A stretch of DNA of 53,755 nt from Octopus sinensis (GCF_006345805.1 NW_021833839.1:1-53755); one strand, 5' to 3'. Shown: positions 1 through 12,807, counted from the first letter of the stretch. A program made the numbers and translations. Notes: generated from the sequence alone by a model not told the origin.

Positions 1-386
1 TAAGCAACAAGGATATCCAGAAGTAATGCAGTACGATCGTTTCATACAACTCCATTTAATTGAACTATGCAATCATTTCATTACATCAATGTAAAATGCA
101 GAGAAATCTTCAGCTGCACAAAGACACAATTTAATTAAATTAGAGCAGATAGACACATTAGTATAATTATACCTAAAATCTCCAAGTAGTTAAGAAGATA
201 AACAAAGAACAAGCTGTTCTTACTCCAGGATAGAACTTCATCTGACGATTGCTCTGCATTTTAAATTGATGTAATGATTGCCATTTGCATAGGAACTAGG
301 AGTAAACATGTTGATAAGTATTCTTCCTTTCTTTATTTTGTTTACTAGATACAATTACTAGTTTTATTCAATAAATTTATAACGTA

Positions 387-838
387 TACTCTTTACTCTC
401 TACTCTTTTTTACTCTTTTACTTGTTTCAGTCATTTGACTGCGGCCATGTGGAGCACCGCCTTTAGTCGAGCAAATCGACCCCGGAACTTATTCTTTGTA
501 AGCCTAGTACTTGTCCTATTGGTCTCTTCTGCCGAACCGCTAAGTGACGGGGACGTAAACACACCAGCATCGGTTGTCAAGCAATGCTAGGGGGAGAAAC
601 ACAGACACTCAAACACATACACACACATACGTATATATATACATACATATATACGACAAGCTTCTTTCAGTTTCCGTCTACCAAATCCAGTCACAAGGCA
701 TTGTTCGGCCCGGGGCTATAGCAGAAGACACTTGCCCAAGATGCCACGCAGTGGGACTGAACCCGGAACCATGTGGTTGGTTAGCAAGCTACTTACCACA
801 CAGCGACTCCTATATAGAGGTTACCACACAGCCACTCC
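387..838 (-). mobile_element. tRNA-derived SINE, family A (about 420-450 bp with internal TA/TG microsatellite and AAAGAGT-repeat tail)
   Basis: Reverse complement of the GGCGCAGGAGTGGCTGTGTGGTAAG...GGTTCAGTCC head (Pol III A/B-box-like) and of the GACTGAAACAAGTAAAAGAGT tail; more than ten similar copies in this window. Confidence 0.9.
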
Positions 839-1578
839 TATATAGAGGTTTTTACTTTTTAAAATATTATTGTCTTACGTTTGACATGAAAATGGTAATT
901 TATACTTTTACAGATAGGGGTAGATCTTACAATAAATTATTAATTTCCGTAATGTTTATATTCGTAGATGGGTGGTGGAATTTGATGTGCTTATAAAATA
1001 GTTGATGAGAGTTTCATTTTCTATACATATATTGTATTTTTAGGTGTTTAATGTTATTAATTTTTATTAATTTTTAAATTTTTAAATTTTTTAAATTTTG
1101 TAATTTTAAAAAATATATTAGTAAGTTATATACATTTTTATTATATTTTTATTCATATTCTTATTTTTCTATTGAATAAGTCTTAGAATATGTAGTTTTA
1201 ACTTTGATCTTTTAATAAAAATAACAATAAGAAAACAGCTTGAAGACGCATTGGTGGATGAATGTATTAGGTATAACCTGGTTAAACACACCACCAGCGC
1301 AGAAACACGTGTAGCATTGATTAAAAATATCGTATTTCCCCACAGACTAATAACAGGTGAAGTATATATATTTTTCAAATATTTTTTAATAATTTATTCT
1401 AGTAATTTTTAAAATTGATTTCATTGTACTTTATAGTAGGTTTTAAAATCTTATATTATTTTATTATTTTATTGGATATACCTTTCAATGAAAATTCCAG
1501 AAAATAAGGTTGTCCTGAAATAGAAGTTGTGGTTCTATTGGTAAAAACCCCAAATTTGTAATAATATTATAAAGAATA

Positions 1579-1997
1579 GGCGCAGGAGTGGCTGTGTGGT
1601 AAGTAGCTTGCTTACCAACCACATGGTTCCGGGTGCAGTCCCACTGCGTGGCATCTTGGGCAAGTGTCTTCTGCTATAGCCCCGGGCCGACCAATGCCTT
1701 GTGAGTGGATTTGGTAGACGGAAACTGAAAGAAGCCTGTCGTATATATGTATATATATATGTGTGTGTGTGTGTGTTTCTGTGTCTGTGTTTGTCCCCCT
1801 AGCATTGCTTGACAACCGATGCTGGTGTGTTTACGTCCCCGTCACTTAGCGGTTCGGCAAAAAAGAGACCGATAGAATAAGTACTGGGCTTACAAAGAGT
1901 AAGTCCCGGGGTCGATTTGCTCGGCTAAAGGCGGTGCTCCAGCATGGCCGCTGTCAAATGACTGAAACGAGTAAAAGAGTAAAAAAGTAAAAGAGTA
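1579..1997 (+). mobile_element. SINE family A, full-length
   Basis: Starts GGCGCAGGAGTGGCTGTGTGGTAAGTAGCTTGC, has a central (TA)(TG) tract and ends in AAAGAGT repeats. Confidence 0.9.
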
Positions 1998-2081
1998 ATA
2001 AAAAGTTTAGAATGGTACTACAATGCACTATAATACAGACAATGGACTATATACCTGTTGTAATTTAGTCATCCGTAGTCT

Positions 2082-2121
2082 GATATGATATTTAGGAATA
2101 ATATTCCTTCTTCAGATATTC
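2082..2121 (-). ncRNA. Degenerate minimal type I hammerhead motif (Penelope-like element relic)
   Basis: Minus strand reads ATAT-CTGAAGA-A-GGAAT/ATT/ATTCC-TAAA-TAT-C-ATATC: CUGANGA core, 5-bp stem II, palindromic stem III, 4-bp stem I. G12 of GAAA is replaced by T. Confidence 0.5.
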
Positions 2122-2310
2122 TTGGATGGAGTCGCTGCTGTAATCGGTTTTCTAACGGCATTTCTTCCTTATATTTTGGAAGTGTCTCAGCAGTGGTCTC
2201 ACGATGCTTCTTCCGGAATTCCTTTGTGTGTATGTGCCTGTAGGTATGTGTGTGTACGTGTGTGTGCGTGTTATGCCAGGTACGAAGTGGTTGGGAAGCA
2301 GTCGGCTATG

Positions 2311-2325
2311 AGTGTACATATACAG

Positions 2326-2360
<35 letters not shown>

Positions 2361-2506
2361 TGTGTGTGACTGTGTGTATTAGTTTTTCATTCGTCACATT
2401 AGGAAACACATGCTTGTCTGCATACATACACACATATATAATAGGAGATAGATAGACAGACAGACAGACAGATCGACAGATTGATAAGTAGATAGATAGA
2501 CAGATC

Positions 2507-2580
<74 letters not shown>

Positions 2581-2720
2581 CAGGCAGATGAATAGAAAAT
2601 GATTAATATACAGAAAAATTATATATATATATATATATTTATATATGTATGTAAGTAGATAGGTATGTATATAAATATATATATATATATAATATATATG
2701 TGGGTGTGTATGTGTGTATA
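2311..2720. repeat. Compound microsatellites (TG)n, (TAGA)n, (TA)n
   Basis: Direct reading of the sequence. Confidence 0.95.
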
Positions 2721-2939
2721 CAAACACACATACTTACATACATAGAAAGAGATGTACATATAATAGAAATGTATCGGTTAAAAGCATTTCACAATTGCAA
2801 TTAACCATTTTAAGAGAGAAATCAGAAATCAAAAGCATTTTGGAGCAAGGGAATGTGAAACGACAGAAGAAACAACAGGACAACGATATAATATCACTAA
2901 AATAAATATTAACATCTACATTCCGTATATTCATGCATA

Positions 2940-2942
2940 CAC

Positions 2943-2998
<56 letters not shown>

Positions 2999-3381
2999 TA
3001 ATATATATATATATATGTGGGTGTGTGAATGTGTATATATGTATATATATCAAATTCTATAAATTGGTTTATTGTAGCAAAGTTTAACTTGTTGAAATAT
3101 TTGAATATATATATAAAGCAATGCTTAGCAATATTAAAGTAAAACATTATAGCTTAATCTCTTGATACGCCTGCACACAGATTCAGACACATACACGTAT
3201 ATCTGTCACATAATTACAACATTGTCTTTATTTAAATAAGGCACTTTCGTCTTTGATTTGGAAACAGCATTCATATTACATCCATACTCTCGCACGCACA
3301 CACACACATATATATATATATACAATTACATATATATATATGTAGATAGATAGTTAGATATATATATATATATATATATAT

Positions 3382-3433
<52 letters not shown>

Positions 3434-3461
3434 ATATATATATATAGAGAGAGAGAGTGAG

Positions 3462-3551
<90 letters not shown>

Positions 3552-3560
3552 AATATATGT
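2940..3560. repeat. Compound microsatellites (TA)n and (TAGA)n
   Basis: Direct reading of the sequence; short unique spacer between tracts. Confidence 0.9.
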
Positions 3561-4134
3561 ACGTGTATATAAGCGTATGTATGCGTGGCCGTATTAATAA
3601 TTGATATTAAACAAGAACTGTTATCAGTTAAATCTAATTATTTTTCTTTATCTTTTCTGTTTATTCAAACACGAAACTTTCTTTCCCTTAGGACTACATA
3701 CTCCATTTTCAGAAATTTCGTTTGAATCATCGTATATTTGTCATTGATATACGTTATCTGACTAAGAAATCAAATTACCGCCGGTTACGTTCCAACCATG
3801 ATCATCCAGTCTGTTTGGATTAAGAATATAACTTAGAATAACGGCTCCGTTTCCTCTACAGCACTGGTCTGTATTGTTAAATTTTTCCTCCCAACTTCGA
3901 AAGTGTGGACGATAAAATTAACCCCTTCAGGATTTGAACCCGAGTCGCCGAGAAGCGGGAAAATATTGCAAGGTATTCTATCGAACGATTTACGACGCTG
4001 CCGGGTCTCTGCCATTTCACCCTCGTTTTATTTTGAACTTAATTTCTTGCTTCTATATACAGGGGACAACAGAGCCCTTGTATGCGTGAGGCTTTAAAAC
4101 TTAACCAACGGTTGACGGCATCCTTATGCTGTTA

Positions 4135-4515
4135 ATAAGGCAGCGAGCTGGGAGAATCGTTATCGTACCGGAAGAAATGCTTAGCGGGATTTCTTCCGAC
4201 CTAACGTTCTGAGTTTCAAATGCCATCGGTGTGGGCATTGCCTGTAGTTCTTAGTTATTAATGTTTTCGAGATCATAAGGCGGTGACCTGGTAGAATCGT
4301 TAGTACGCCAGACGAAATGCTTAGCGATATTTCGTCTGTCTTTAAGTTCTGAGGTCGACTTCGCTTTTCATCCTTTCGGGGTCGATAAAATAAATATCAG
4401 TTACGCACTGGAGTCGATGTAATCGAATGGTTCCCTCCCCCCTAAAATTTCAGGCCTTGTGCCTAGAGTAGAAAGAATATTAAGGCGGCGAGCTGGCAGA
4501 AACGTTAGCACGCCT
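4135..4515 (+). mobile_element. Cluster of partial SINE family B copies (GGCGGCGAGCTGGCAGAA...GAGTTCAAATTCC head)
   Basis: Three successive GGCGAGCTGG/GGTGACCTGG heads with B-box-like GAGTT(T)CAAAT and the GTCGACTTTGCCTTTCATCCTTTCGGGGTCGAT body. Confidence 0.8.
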
Positions 4516-4524
4516 TTGGACATA

Positions 4525-4920
4525 GGCGCAGGAGTGGCTGTGTTGTAAGTAGCTTGCTTACCAACTACACGGTTCCGCGTTCTGTCCCACTGCGTGGCAC
4601 ATTGGGCAAGTGTCTTCTACTAGCCTCGGGCCAACCAAAGCCTTGTGAGTAGATTTGGTAGACGGAAATTGAAAGAAGCCCGACGTATATATGTATGTAT
4701 TTATATATGTGTGTGTGTGTGTGTTTGTGAGTTTGTGTTTGTCCCCCTACATCACTTGACAACGGATGCTGGTGTATTTACGTTCCCGTAACTTAGCAGC
4801 TCGGCAAAAGGGCCAATAGAATAAGTACTAGGCTTACAGTCCTGGGGTCGATTTGCTCGACTAAAGGCGGTGCTCCAGCATGGCCGCAGTCAAATGACAT
4901 GAAACAAGTAAAAAAGTAAA
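4525..4920 (+). mobile_element. SINE family A
   Basis: Same head, body and tail as 1579-1997. Confidence 0.9.
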
Positions 4921-5499
4921 GACAAATTCGAAGATTGCTTTCATCCTTCCACTTTTCATTCCAACGGTTTGTTTACCAAATAATTACACGCTATTCATTT
5001 TAGCTTTATCTGCTTCGAGACTCAGCACTCCTAAAAAACAAAAAAAAAAACCCCGAATTATTTCACATTCTCTCGAAAATTCTAAATTCTTCTGGCATCA
5101 ACAACTCGAATTATAATTGTATCAGTTGAGGGGGAAATTTAGCTATGGTTACTAATATGTCGAGTAATGTCATGAATGCAACTTCGTGTGTTTGACTGGG
5201 GACAGAAGCTATTATTTCCGAAGGCATTTTGTTCACTTGTCAATTAGCAGACGACATACAATTCCTGAGCGAATATTGCAGAGAAAGTCCATTATTTTAA
5301 ACTTAATTACGAGATAGGATATCAAGCATTTGATATCCTCTCTTCCACCTCTCCCTCTTGTGTTTATTGTGTGGTTCTATTAAATGACAATGTGTACTGG
5401 AGATGGGTGACAGGTAGATGAATAGAGTTGAAAGAGAAAGTGAAAGTGAAAGTAGCGAAGACAAAAAGGGGGAGAGATAGGGGAGAAGAGAGAACTAAT

Positions 5500-5605
5500 G
5501 AAGTAAATATGCGTGTCTGTATATACGTATACACACGTACACACATACACAAACACACACGCACACAATCACAGACACACACACATACATACACACACAC
5601 ATATA

Positions 5606-5691
<86 letters not shown>

Positions 5692-5850
5692 GAGACACAC
5701 ACACATGAGAGATACAGATAGACAGACAGACAGACAAGTAGATAGAGATAAATTAAAATGAAAAGAGTGAGATAAAAATAAAAGGTAGCAATGTATGACG
5801 TATATATATATATATATATAATGTATACATGTGTTTATGTATGTATGTAT
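5500..5850. repeat. Compound (CA)n/(TA)n/(GACA)n microsatellites
   Basis: Direct reading. Confidence 0.9.
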
Positions 5851-6029
5851 ACTCATACACAGGCAAACATACCAGAACCATGTTTTGGATGAGACTAACA
5901 TTATGTTGTGTAATAGAATTATTCGAAAACGTAGTCAAGGTCCGTTTTGAGAAGCGCATTCAAAGCTTGTTGATATTCACAGAGGGTGACGAAATTTTAA
6001 CTACGTTTCATTCCGATTCAAAGATATGC

Positions 6030-6275
6030 TGACAGAATTGTTAGCACGGTGGGCAAAATCTTTATTTGAATTTCTTGTGGCTCCTTACGTCCTGGGTTCA
6101 AGTTCTGAGAGAATGCTGAGCGGTATTTTTCCGTCTTTAACCTCTGAGTTCAAATTCTACCGAGGTCGACTTTGCCTTTCATCCTTTCGGTGTCGATAGA
6201 ATAAGCACCAGTTAAATACTGGGGCCTATGTAATCGAAACATCCCCTCCCCCAAAATTTCTGCCCTTGTGGCAAA
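6030..6275 (+). mobile_element. SINE family B, partial/rearranged
   Basis: CAGAATTGTTAGCACG head, GAGTTCAAATTCTACCGAGGTCGACTTTGCC body. Confidence 0.75.
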
Positions 6276-6293
6276 ATTATTATTATTATTATT

Positions 6294-6734
6294 GAGTGAG
6301 AGAGCAGTGCATGCCATCAAAGTGACACTGGGGTAAAATTTACGAAGGCCAGTATACCCATCATGACTACCTATCTGATAAGGGTACACCAGGCACATGT
6401 ATCACAATCATATGTGCGCGACATGGGGATTTCATATCAAGATAAACAACACATGACCTTACAGGTGGGGCCCAATTAGAATTTTCTTCTGGTCGAGTAG
6501 CCCAGAATAAGGGTTGTTTAAGGAATGTTGAATGAAACACCTGTTTCCAGAGGTGAATTATTTAAGCCCCAAATAATCCCTCCCAACACATGGCCATGAT
6601 GCTCCCCCACTACTTCTGCTCATGATCAGAGATGCACATATTGTCAGCCACTAAGAGACATGGTCAACTGGTTAAAGTCAAACAACTGACAAGCAAATCT
6701 GTGGTATTGAGCAGAATATTTGCTGTAGCCCATC
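6294..6734. mobile_element. Unclassified interspersed repeat inserted in an (ATT)n tract
   Basis: GC-richer 440-bp block bounded on both sides by (ATT)n; recalled as a common octopod repeat. A microsatellite-targeting non-LTR origin is an inference only. Confidence 0.45.
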
Positions 6735-6756
6735 AAATATTATTATTATCATTATT

Positions 6757-6797
<41 letters not shown>

Positions 6798-6810
6798 ATT
6801 ATTATTATTT

Positions 6811-7020
6811 CGGTGGCGAGATTGGCAGAAGCGTTATAACGCCAGGCAAAATGCTAAGCGGCATTTCGTCTGTGGCTACGTTCTGAGTTCAAATTCTGCC
6901 GAGGGCAATTTTGCCTTTTATCCTTTCGGGGTCGATAAAATAAGTACCAGTTGAGCAGTGGGTTCAATGCAATCGACTAGCGCCTTCCCTCTAAAATTTC
7001 AGGCGCCGTGCTCATAATAG
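6811..7020 (+). mobile_element. SINE family B
   Basis: GGTGGCGAGATTGGCAGAAGCGTTA head, GAGTTCAAATTCTGCC B-box-like motif, family body. Confidence 0.8.
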
Positions 7021-7659
7021 AAATGATTATTATTTACCTTTCATCTTTTTTTTGGTGGTGGTGGTGGTGGGGGGTCGATGAATTAATTAACGTGTCAAAT
7101 ATTAGGGGCGATGTAATCCACTATGAATTTCCCTAATTGCCAACCTAGTGCCAAAACTTGGACCCATTATTATGGTTTTTCGGACGCGCCATTTATTAAA
7201 GTCAGCATGGCTATACTTTTTTATGGATTAACGGAAAATGAAAAACTAACAGAAATAAAACACAATCAAAATATAACGAAATAAAATAAATAAAAACAAA
7301 TGAACCAAAACAGCAAACAAGCAGAAATGATTTCTGTAGCAAAATACGAAGAAAGGAGATTTTAAGCACGTAAGCTAAAATGGCGTGACAATAAATCTTT
7401 GTCTTGGGAACTTGATTTATAGAACTTACGTTCGTTCTTGTATTTCCACAATTTACGGGTCTGAGCCTTCCGTTCTATAAATAGTGAAATAAATAAATAA
7501 TAAATATATGTCATTCTTCTAAGACGTTAACATCGAAATGCACTTATGGATATTTATATACAAATATGTGTGTCTGCATTCGTATAAATGTGGAAGATGC
7601 ATCTATACATGAGACAGTTTGTTTAAGCGATATACATACATACATACATACGTTCGTTC

Positions 7660-8300
7660 GAACGTATGTTATGGCTGCCCACTCGTTATCGAGTATGGCC
7701 ATTGCACGAAGCTTAACTGCTACTGGTGCTGTGATCGAATGTGACTTTTTAGCCCGGCTAAAGATCTGCAATGTCTTGTACAGAATTGGCAACTAAAACC
7801 GTTACTGGTAATAGCCGGCTGTAGTTGTAACTGGGCTTCATGTACCTTTGCATGTCGTTTAAGTCCTCCTTCCGAATTGCACTCTCTTTCACATGCCCGA
7901 CCATACGTACACACTTTGGGAGAACTTAAAAAATAAACCATCCACCAATTTAAAACACAACCGGCCAGATATCGCTACGTGGTACCACAAACAATAGATA
8001 TGTTCTGTTGAGGAAATCAGCTGTTTTCTGGACATGAATGCGATTAGAAAAATACAAGAGAAAGAGGACATCTAAGGACCATTGATGAGATGCTTACTAA
8101 TCCCGTATCCAAGATGCAGTTTCAGTTTCATACCTGTTATTATTGGAGTAACAGGATACATAACAACCTGTCTGGGGCAAAGTATGGTTGAACATGGGAT
8201 CTTGGGGAGAGAATGCAAATCCTTAATTCATACGCTACAAATGTTCACGACAACTGGGATTAAAAACATCTGCAAGACATTCATAGGATTTAAAGGATAA
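7660..8300 (-). mobile_element. Degraded RTE-like LINE 3' end
   Basis: Minus-strand ORF 7720-7941 ends with two C2H2-like fingers (CERECNSEGGLKRH; CQFCTRHCRSLAGLKSHIR), typical of RTE ORF2 C-termini. It is followed by a short 3' UTR running into a (TACA)-type microsatellite, and upstream broken frames give KDLHSLPKI-like residues. Confidence 0.6.
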
Positions 8301-8387
8301 TGAAAAAAATAAGGGGCTTTCTTTCACAGCCTTACTATCAAGTAGGTTGCTGGTTAAAACTTACTCTAAATTAAAAAGTGAAAGAGA

Positions 8388-8457
8388 ACATACATACATA
8401 CACACATACATACATACATACATACATACATACATACATACATACATACATACATTC

Positions 8458-8488
<31 letters not shown>

Positions 8489-8521
8489 CATACATACATA
8501 CATACATACATACATACATTC

Positions 8522-8552
<31 letters not shown>

Positions 8553-8620
8553 CATACATACATACATACATACATACATACATACATACATACATACATA
8601 CATACATACATACATACACA
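8388..8620. repeat. (TACA)n microsatellite
   Basis: Direct reading; about 58 units with two TTCT interruptions. Confidence 0.95.
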
Positions 8621-9569
8621 CATGCAATCCGTTGAAGAAGGGGAAATTCGAAGTAAATAAAACTAATAATCATGGCACGCAAACATTGTCTTTAAAATAT
8701 TTTGGGGCGGAGGAATCTAAAGCTTTCCACAGGATAGGGACTCACATCTTTCGAAAGCATGACAGGCGTTCTACCATTCAACCGAAACAATCCTCCGAAT
8801 CTCTCTCTCTACGAACTTTAAGTTTCTTTGAGTATGCTAGTGACATTTTTCAAATTCTGAGAGCAAATTCACTGCAGTTACCATGGAAAATAAATTTTCT
8901 CTTATGGTAAAAAGTGAAAAAGCACCATATCTGCCCAATAAAAAAATTGGCATGTAGTTATGTATATATATTTATACAGGAGGGAAATACTCATTATAGT
9001 AATTACGTGTTCGAAAAACAAAGAACGGAGTTGAAAAGAAAAATATATATTATTTTGATTGATTTTGTCTCAGGACCTAAATTTAGAAATCTTAGTTCCT
9101 AGCTTCACACTTCTGTTGGCAATATCTATCTTTTCTATGAATAAATCTATATAAATAATTTTTGGTAAAATATTTATAATTATAGATCAACTATAAATGC
9201 AGAAAAAAATTTTGGATAAAGAAAATATATCCTAAAAATCGTAAAAATGGTTTTAAGGCATATTATTTGTAATATATTTCCATCAATAGAACAATTTTAA
9301 CCGCAGAATAATTTTTATGTAAGATAAATACTACAAATCACATGTAACTTTAAAAAAAATAATTTTTGGTACATATATATTTTTTATTTTTTATCTACTC
9401 GATAAATTTTATTGTAACATAAAATTCGTAGTACGTATAAAATATGTGCGACAATTTACAGAGATCTTTCTGAATCTATTATTTTGTAAATATATTTTAT
9501 GTATAGAGCAACGTTAAACCAAATAATTTTTAATATAAATTCAGTCCAGCAGATTACAACAAACTTCAG

Positions 9570-9790
9570 CATAAAATAATATTGATTTGAAATGTTGGCT
9601 CAAGTTCAGCAAGGAAGTAGGTGGATTATATCGACCCCACTGCTCAACAGATACTTTATTTCTCCACCCCAACAGAAAGAAAAAGTACAGTCGCCCATGG
9701 ACAAATTTGAACTCAGAGCGTAAAGGCAGACGAAATGCCGCTAAACAGTTTGGCCCCCATCCTAAAGATTCTGCCAGGGCGCCACCTTGG
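9570..9790 (-). mobile_element. Diverged SINE family B
   Basis: ATTATATCGACCCC...AAATTTGAACTCAGAGCGTAAAGGCAGACGAAATGCCGCTAA matches the reverse complement of family B. Confidence 0.65.
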
Positions 9791-10051
9791 GGTGATACTT
9801 CAATATTAGCAATTATTAAATAATACAATTTTGGTCCATAAAGTAATTTATTGGGGGAAAAATATATACCTTAATCCAATTTTCGTGTCAATATACGTAC
9901 AAATTTTAAAGGTTTTCAAGAAAGGCACCTTTTAAGTTCAAATAATTATAAAAGACTCTAATCTCCTATAGTAGGACCCTCTGGCTTCAATGCAGTTGTT
10001 GTAGCATTCCAGCCATTACTTAAGGACATACACACATATATATACCACATA

Positions 10052-10102
<51 letters not shown>

Positions 10103-10362
10103 ATATATATACAGATATATAATATATACAACACATACATACATATATACACAAATATAACACATATACATACATATACACACATACATACATATACACA
10201 CATATATACATACACACACACCACACAACACACACACACACATATATATATATATAAAACTAATGTAGGAAACATTTTTTTCGAGAAAATTTTTTATCAA
10301 TAGTCAGCATATCAAAAACTAATAAAATAAGTATTTATTTTATTATTTATTTATTTATATAT

Positions 10363-10398
<36 letters not shown>

Positions 10399-10400
<2 letters not shown>

Positions 10401-11225
10401 AGAATGAATGTTTTTATATATAATGAACGTGAAATACAGGAAGGGACGAACACGGAACACAGACAAATCATTCGAAGCCTTCAATCTTCAGTCAGACACC
10501 GAATCATCATAGCAAATTTCGGCTGTTCAATTCTGATATTTGCTCCAACTCGGCCAGCCCCAAGAAAAAAAACTAAGCTGTAAGCATTAGATTTCTTGGT
10601 AGAAGACAGGAATGTGAACGCACAAGACGGATGTAAATACAAGAGACGAAAACGAAATTAAAAACAGTAATGAAAAACAAAAATATATAACGGTGGTTGT
10701 CATACGACTTTAGACCAAATGAGACAAAAACAACAACAACATAGCTGGCGTAGAAATAATTACCGTTTCGGTAGCGGGGACACAGTTGGTCGAGATACGA
10801 AGGCCAACAGAATGGTTTAAGAAGCAGCAGGTCGCAGGAGAGAGAGAGAAAAGAGAGACAGAGAGAGAGGGAATCAAAGAGGGTGGAAGGCAGGGGACAG
10901 AATCAGTGACCAAGAGAAAAGGAGAAAGAAGGGATTAAGGAGGATGGGAGGAAGAGGGGAGGAGGATGGGAGGAAGAGAGGGGAAGAATCGGAGGGCGCC
11001 AAAAAGTTTGGTGAAGAAGCAATGGCGGGTAGGAAAGACAGTGTGTATAGAAGTCGTGCAGGGTTTAAAATTGGACAAACAAAAGGGGGGGGGGTGCACG
11101 TAACGCCGCAATAATATAAGAATGAATGTTTTTATATATAATGAACGTGAAATACAGGAAGGGACGAACACGGAACACAGACAAATCATTCGAAGCCTTC
11201 AATCTTCAGTCAGACACCGAATCAT
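10399..11225. mobile_element. Non-coding element bounded by identical 109-bp direct repeats (possible Penelope-like pLTR structure)
   Basis: 10399-10507 and 11117-11225 are identical direct repeats and the element abuts a (TA)n tract. No RT or GIY-YIG ORF is seen, so the class is inferred. Confidence 0.45.
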
Positions 11226-11645
11226 AACTAATGTAGGATAAAATTTTTTTCGAGAAAAAAATGTTATCAATGGCCAGCATATCAAAAAATAATAAAATAA
11301 AGGTATTTTATTATATATATATATATATATATATATACATTGCTGGTATCCTTTTGTGTCAGGAGACAATGGAGTTGCACAAACTGAAGTGTCCTCTCCA
11401 GGTTTGCGCAGGCCTGGGCAAGAAGTAAGAAAATCCTGGGTAGCTCAATCGTCAGGATTCCTCTCTCGACCTTGCTGACGTAGTCCAAAAGAGTGCAGAG
11501 CATTATGTTTGGCACCAGCTTAGTTGCAGGAGCTGCCGGAAGAGTGTCGAATCGAATATTAAACCGCCTACGGGGCTCCACTCCGGATTTCTTTGAAGGT
11601 TGTCGCCTTTCCGTTACTCCGGATAGGTGCTCATACCAGGTACTG

Positions 11646-11907
11646 GCAAACGAGAATACTAAAAAATGAACCCAACCGCTCTCAAAAATTCAGTACGAAA
11701 AAAAAAAAAAACAGGAAAAGTAATCCAGAATCCTTGTTCGGTACAAGATCTATCCCAAAATCTAATCAGTTTGTTCCAGACAGGAGGCTAAACATCCCTG
11801 AAAGTTTCATCCAAATCCATCCAGCGGTTCTTGAGATATCTTGTCCATGGACAAAACAATCACGACTGAAAACAATACCTCCATCTTCGCTAAGGCGGAG
11901 GTAATAA
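11646..11907 (-). mobile_element. Helentron/DINE-1-like non-autonomous element, partial
   Basis: Minus strand starts TTATTACCTCCGCCTTAGCGAAGATGGAGGTATTGTTTTCAG...ATATCTCAAGAACCGCTGGATGGAT; homologous to 14427-14810. Confidence 0.6.
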
Positions 11908-12256
11908 AGACAGAGGTACTCATACGTATATATATATATATACGCATGGACATAAACGCATTAGTAATATGTATCACACTTACGTAGACATACATACGCA
12001 TGCTTAGAAACTCCCACATAAAAAACAAACACACACACAACACACATGTTGCATTCATAAGCACATACAAATAGGCCGCGTTCATGCTAACACAAATATA
12101 CACACATGTTGAAACGAAAACGGATATACACACATACGCCCACAAACGCCACATCCACGAAGAAACGCACACATAAACACACAAACGTACACACACATAC
12201 ACACCGAATTCACGCTCGTATAAACACGAACACATACAGGCGATACACATACATAA

Positions 12257-12304
<48 letters not shown>

Positions 12305-12306
<2 letters not shown>

Positions 12307-12690
12307 GTATATATACACGCAGAAACACATACATACACACAAGCCACACTGCCACACCACATTCACGCGCACGCAAACACCAACACTCACACACCTCATT
12401 CCTACATACAAAACCACTGACACACACACACATATATATATATACACGCAGAAACACATACATACACACAAGCCACACTGCCACACCACATTCACGCGCA
12501 CGCAAACACCAACACTCACACACCTCATTCCTACATACAAAACCACTGACACACACACACACATATATATATATACACGCAGAAACACATACATACACAC
12601 AAGCCACACTGCCACACCACATTCACGCGCACGCAAACAACAACACTCACACACCGCATTCCTACATACAAAACCACTGACACACATGCC
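12305..12690. repeat. Minisatellite, about three copies of a 130-bp CA-rich unit
   Basis: AGAAACACATACATACACACAAGCCACACTGCC recurs at 12321, 12450 and 12581. Confidence 0.9.
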
Positions 12691-12774
12691 TCATTCACAT
12701 ACACACACATACCACATTCACGCACACAAGCACATTCACGCACAAATATACTCCACACATACGCCATTTTACTC

Positions 12775-12807
<33 letters not shown>

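Noticed and set aside
574-996. Recurring MSSNARGTNTDTQT.../MLGGQTQTH... ORFs (also at 1612, 13454, 34041, 38243, 48895)
   Set aside because: They are antisense readings of SINE family A and use non-ATG starts; not a gene family.
1200-1420. Open frame QLEDALVDECIRYNLVKHTTSAETRVALIKNIVFPHRLITG in the AT-rich spacer
   Set aside because: No start codon, no convincing splice pair and no recognised homology; may be a decayed DNA transposon but this cannot be supported.
10500-10560. Possible hammerhead in the direct-repeat element (AGCAAAT...CCGAAATTTGCT on the minus strand)
   Set aside because: A stem III-like pairing exists, but no CUGANGA core or stems I and II can be placed correctly.
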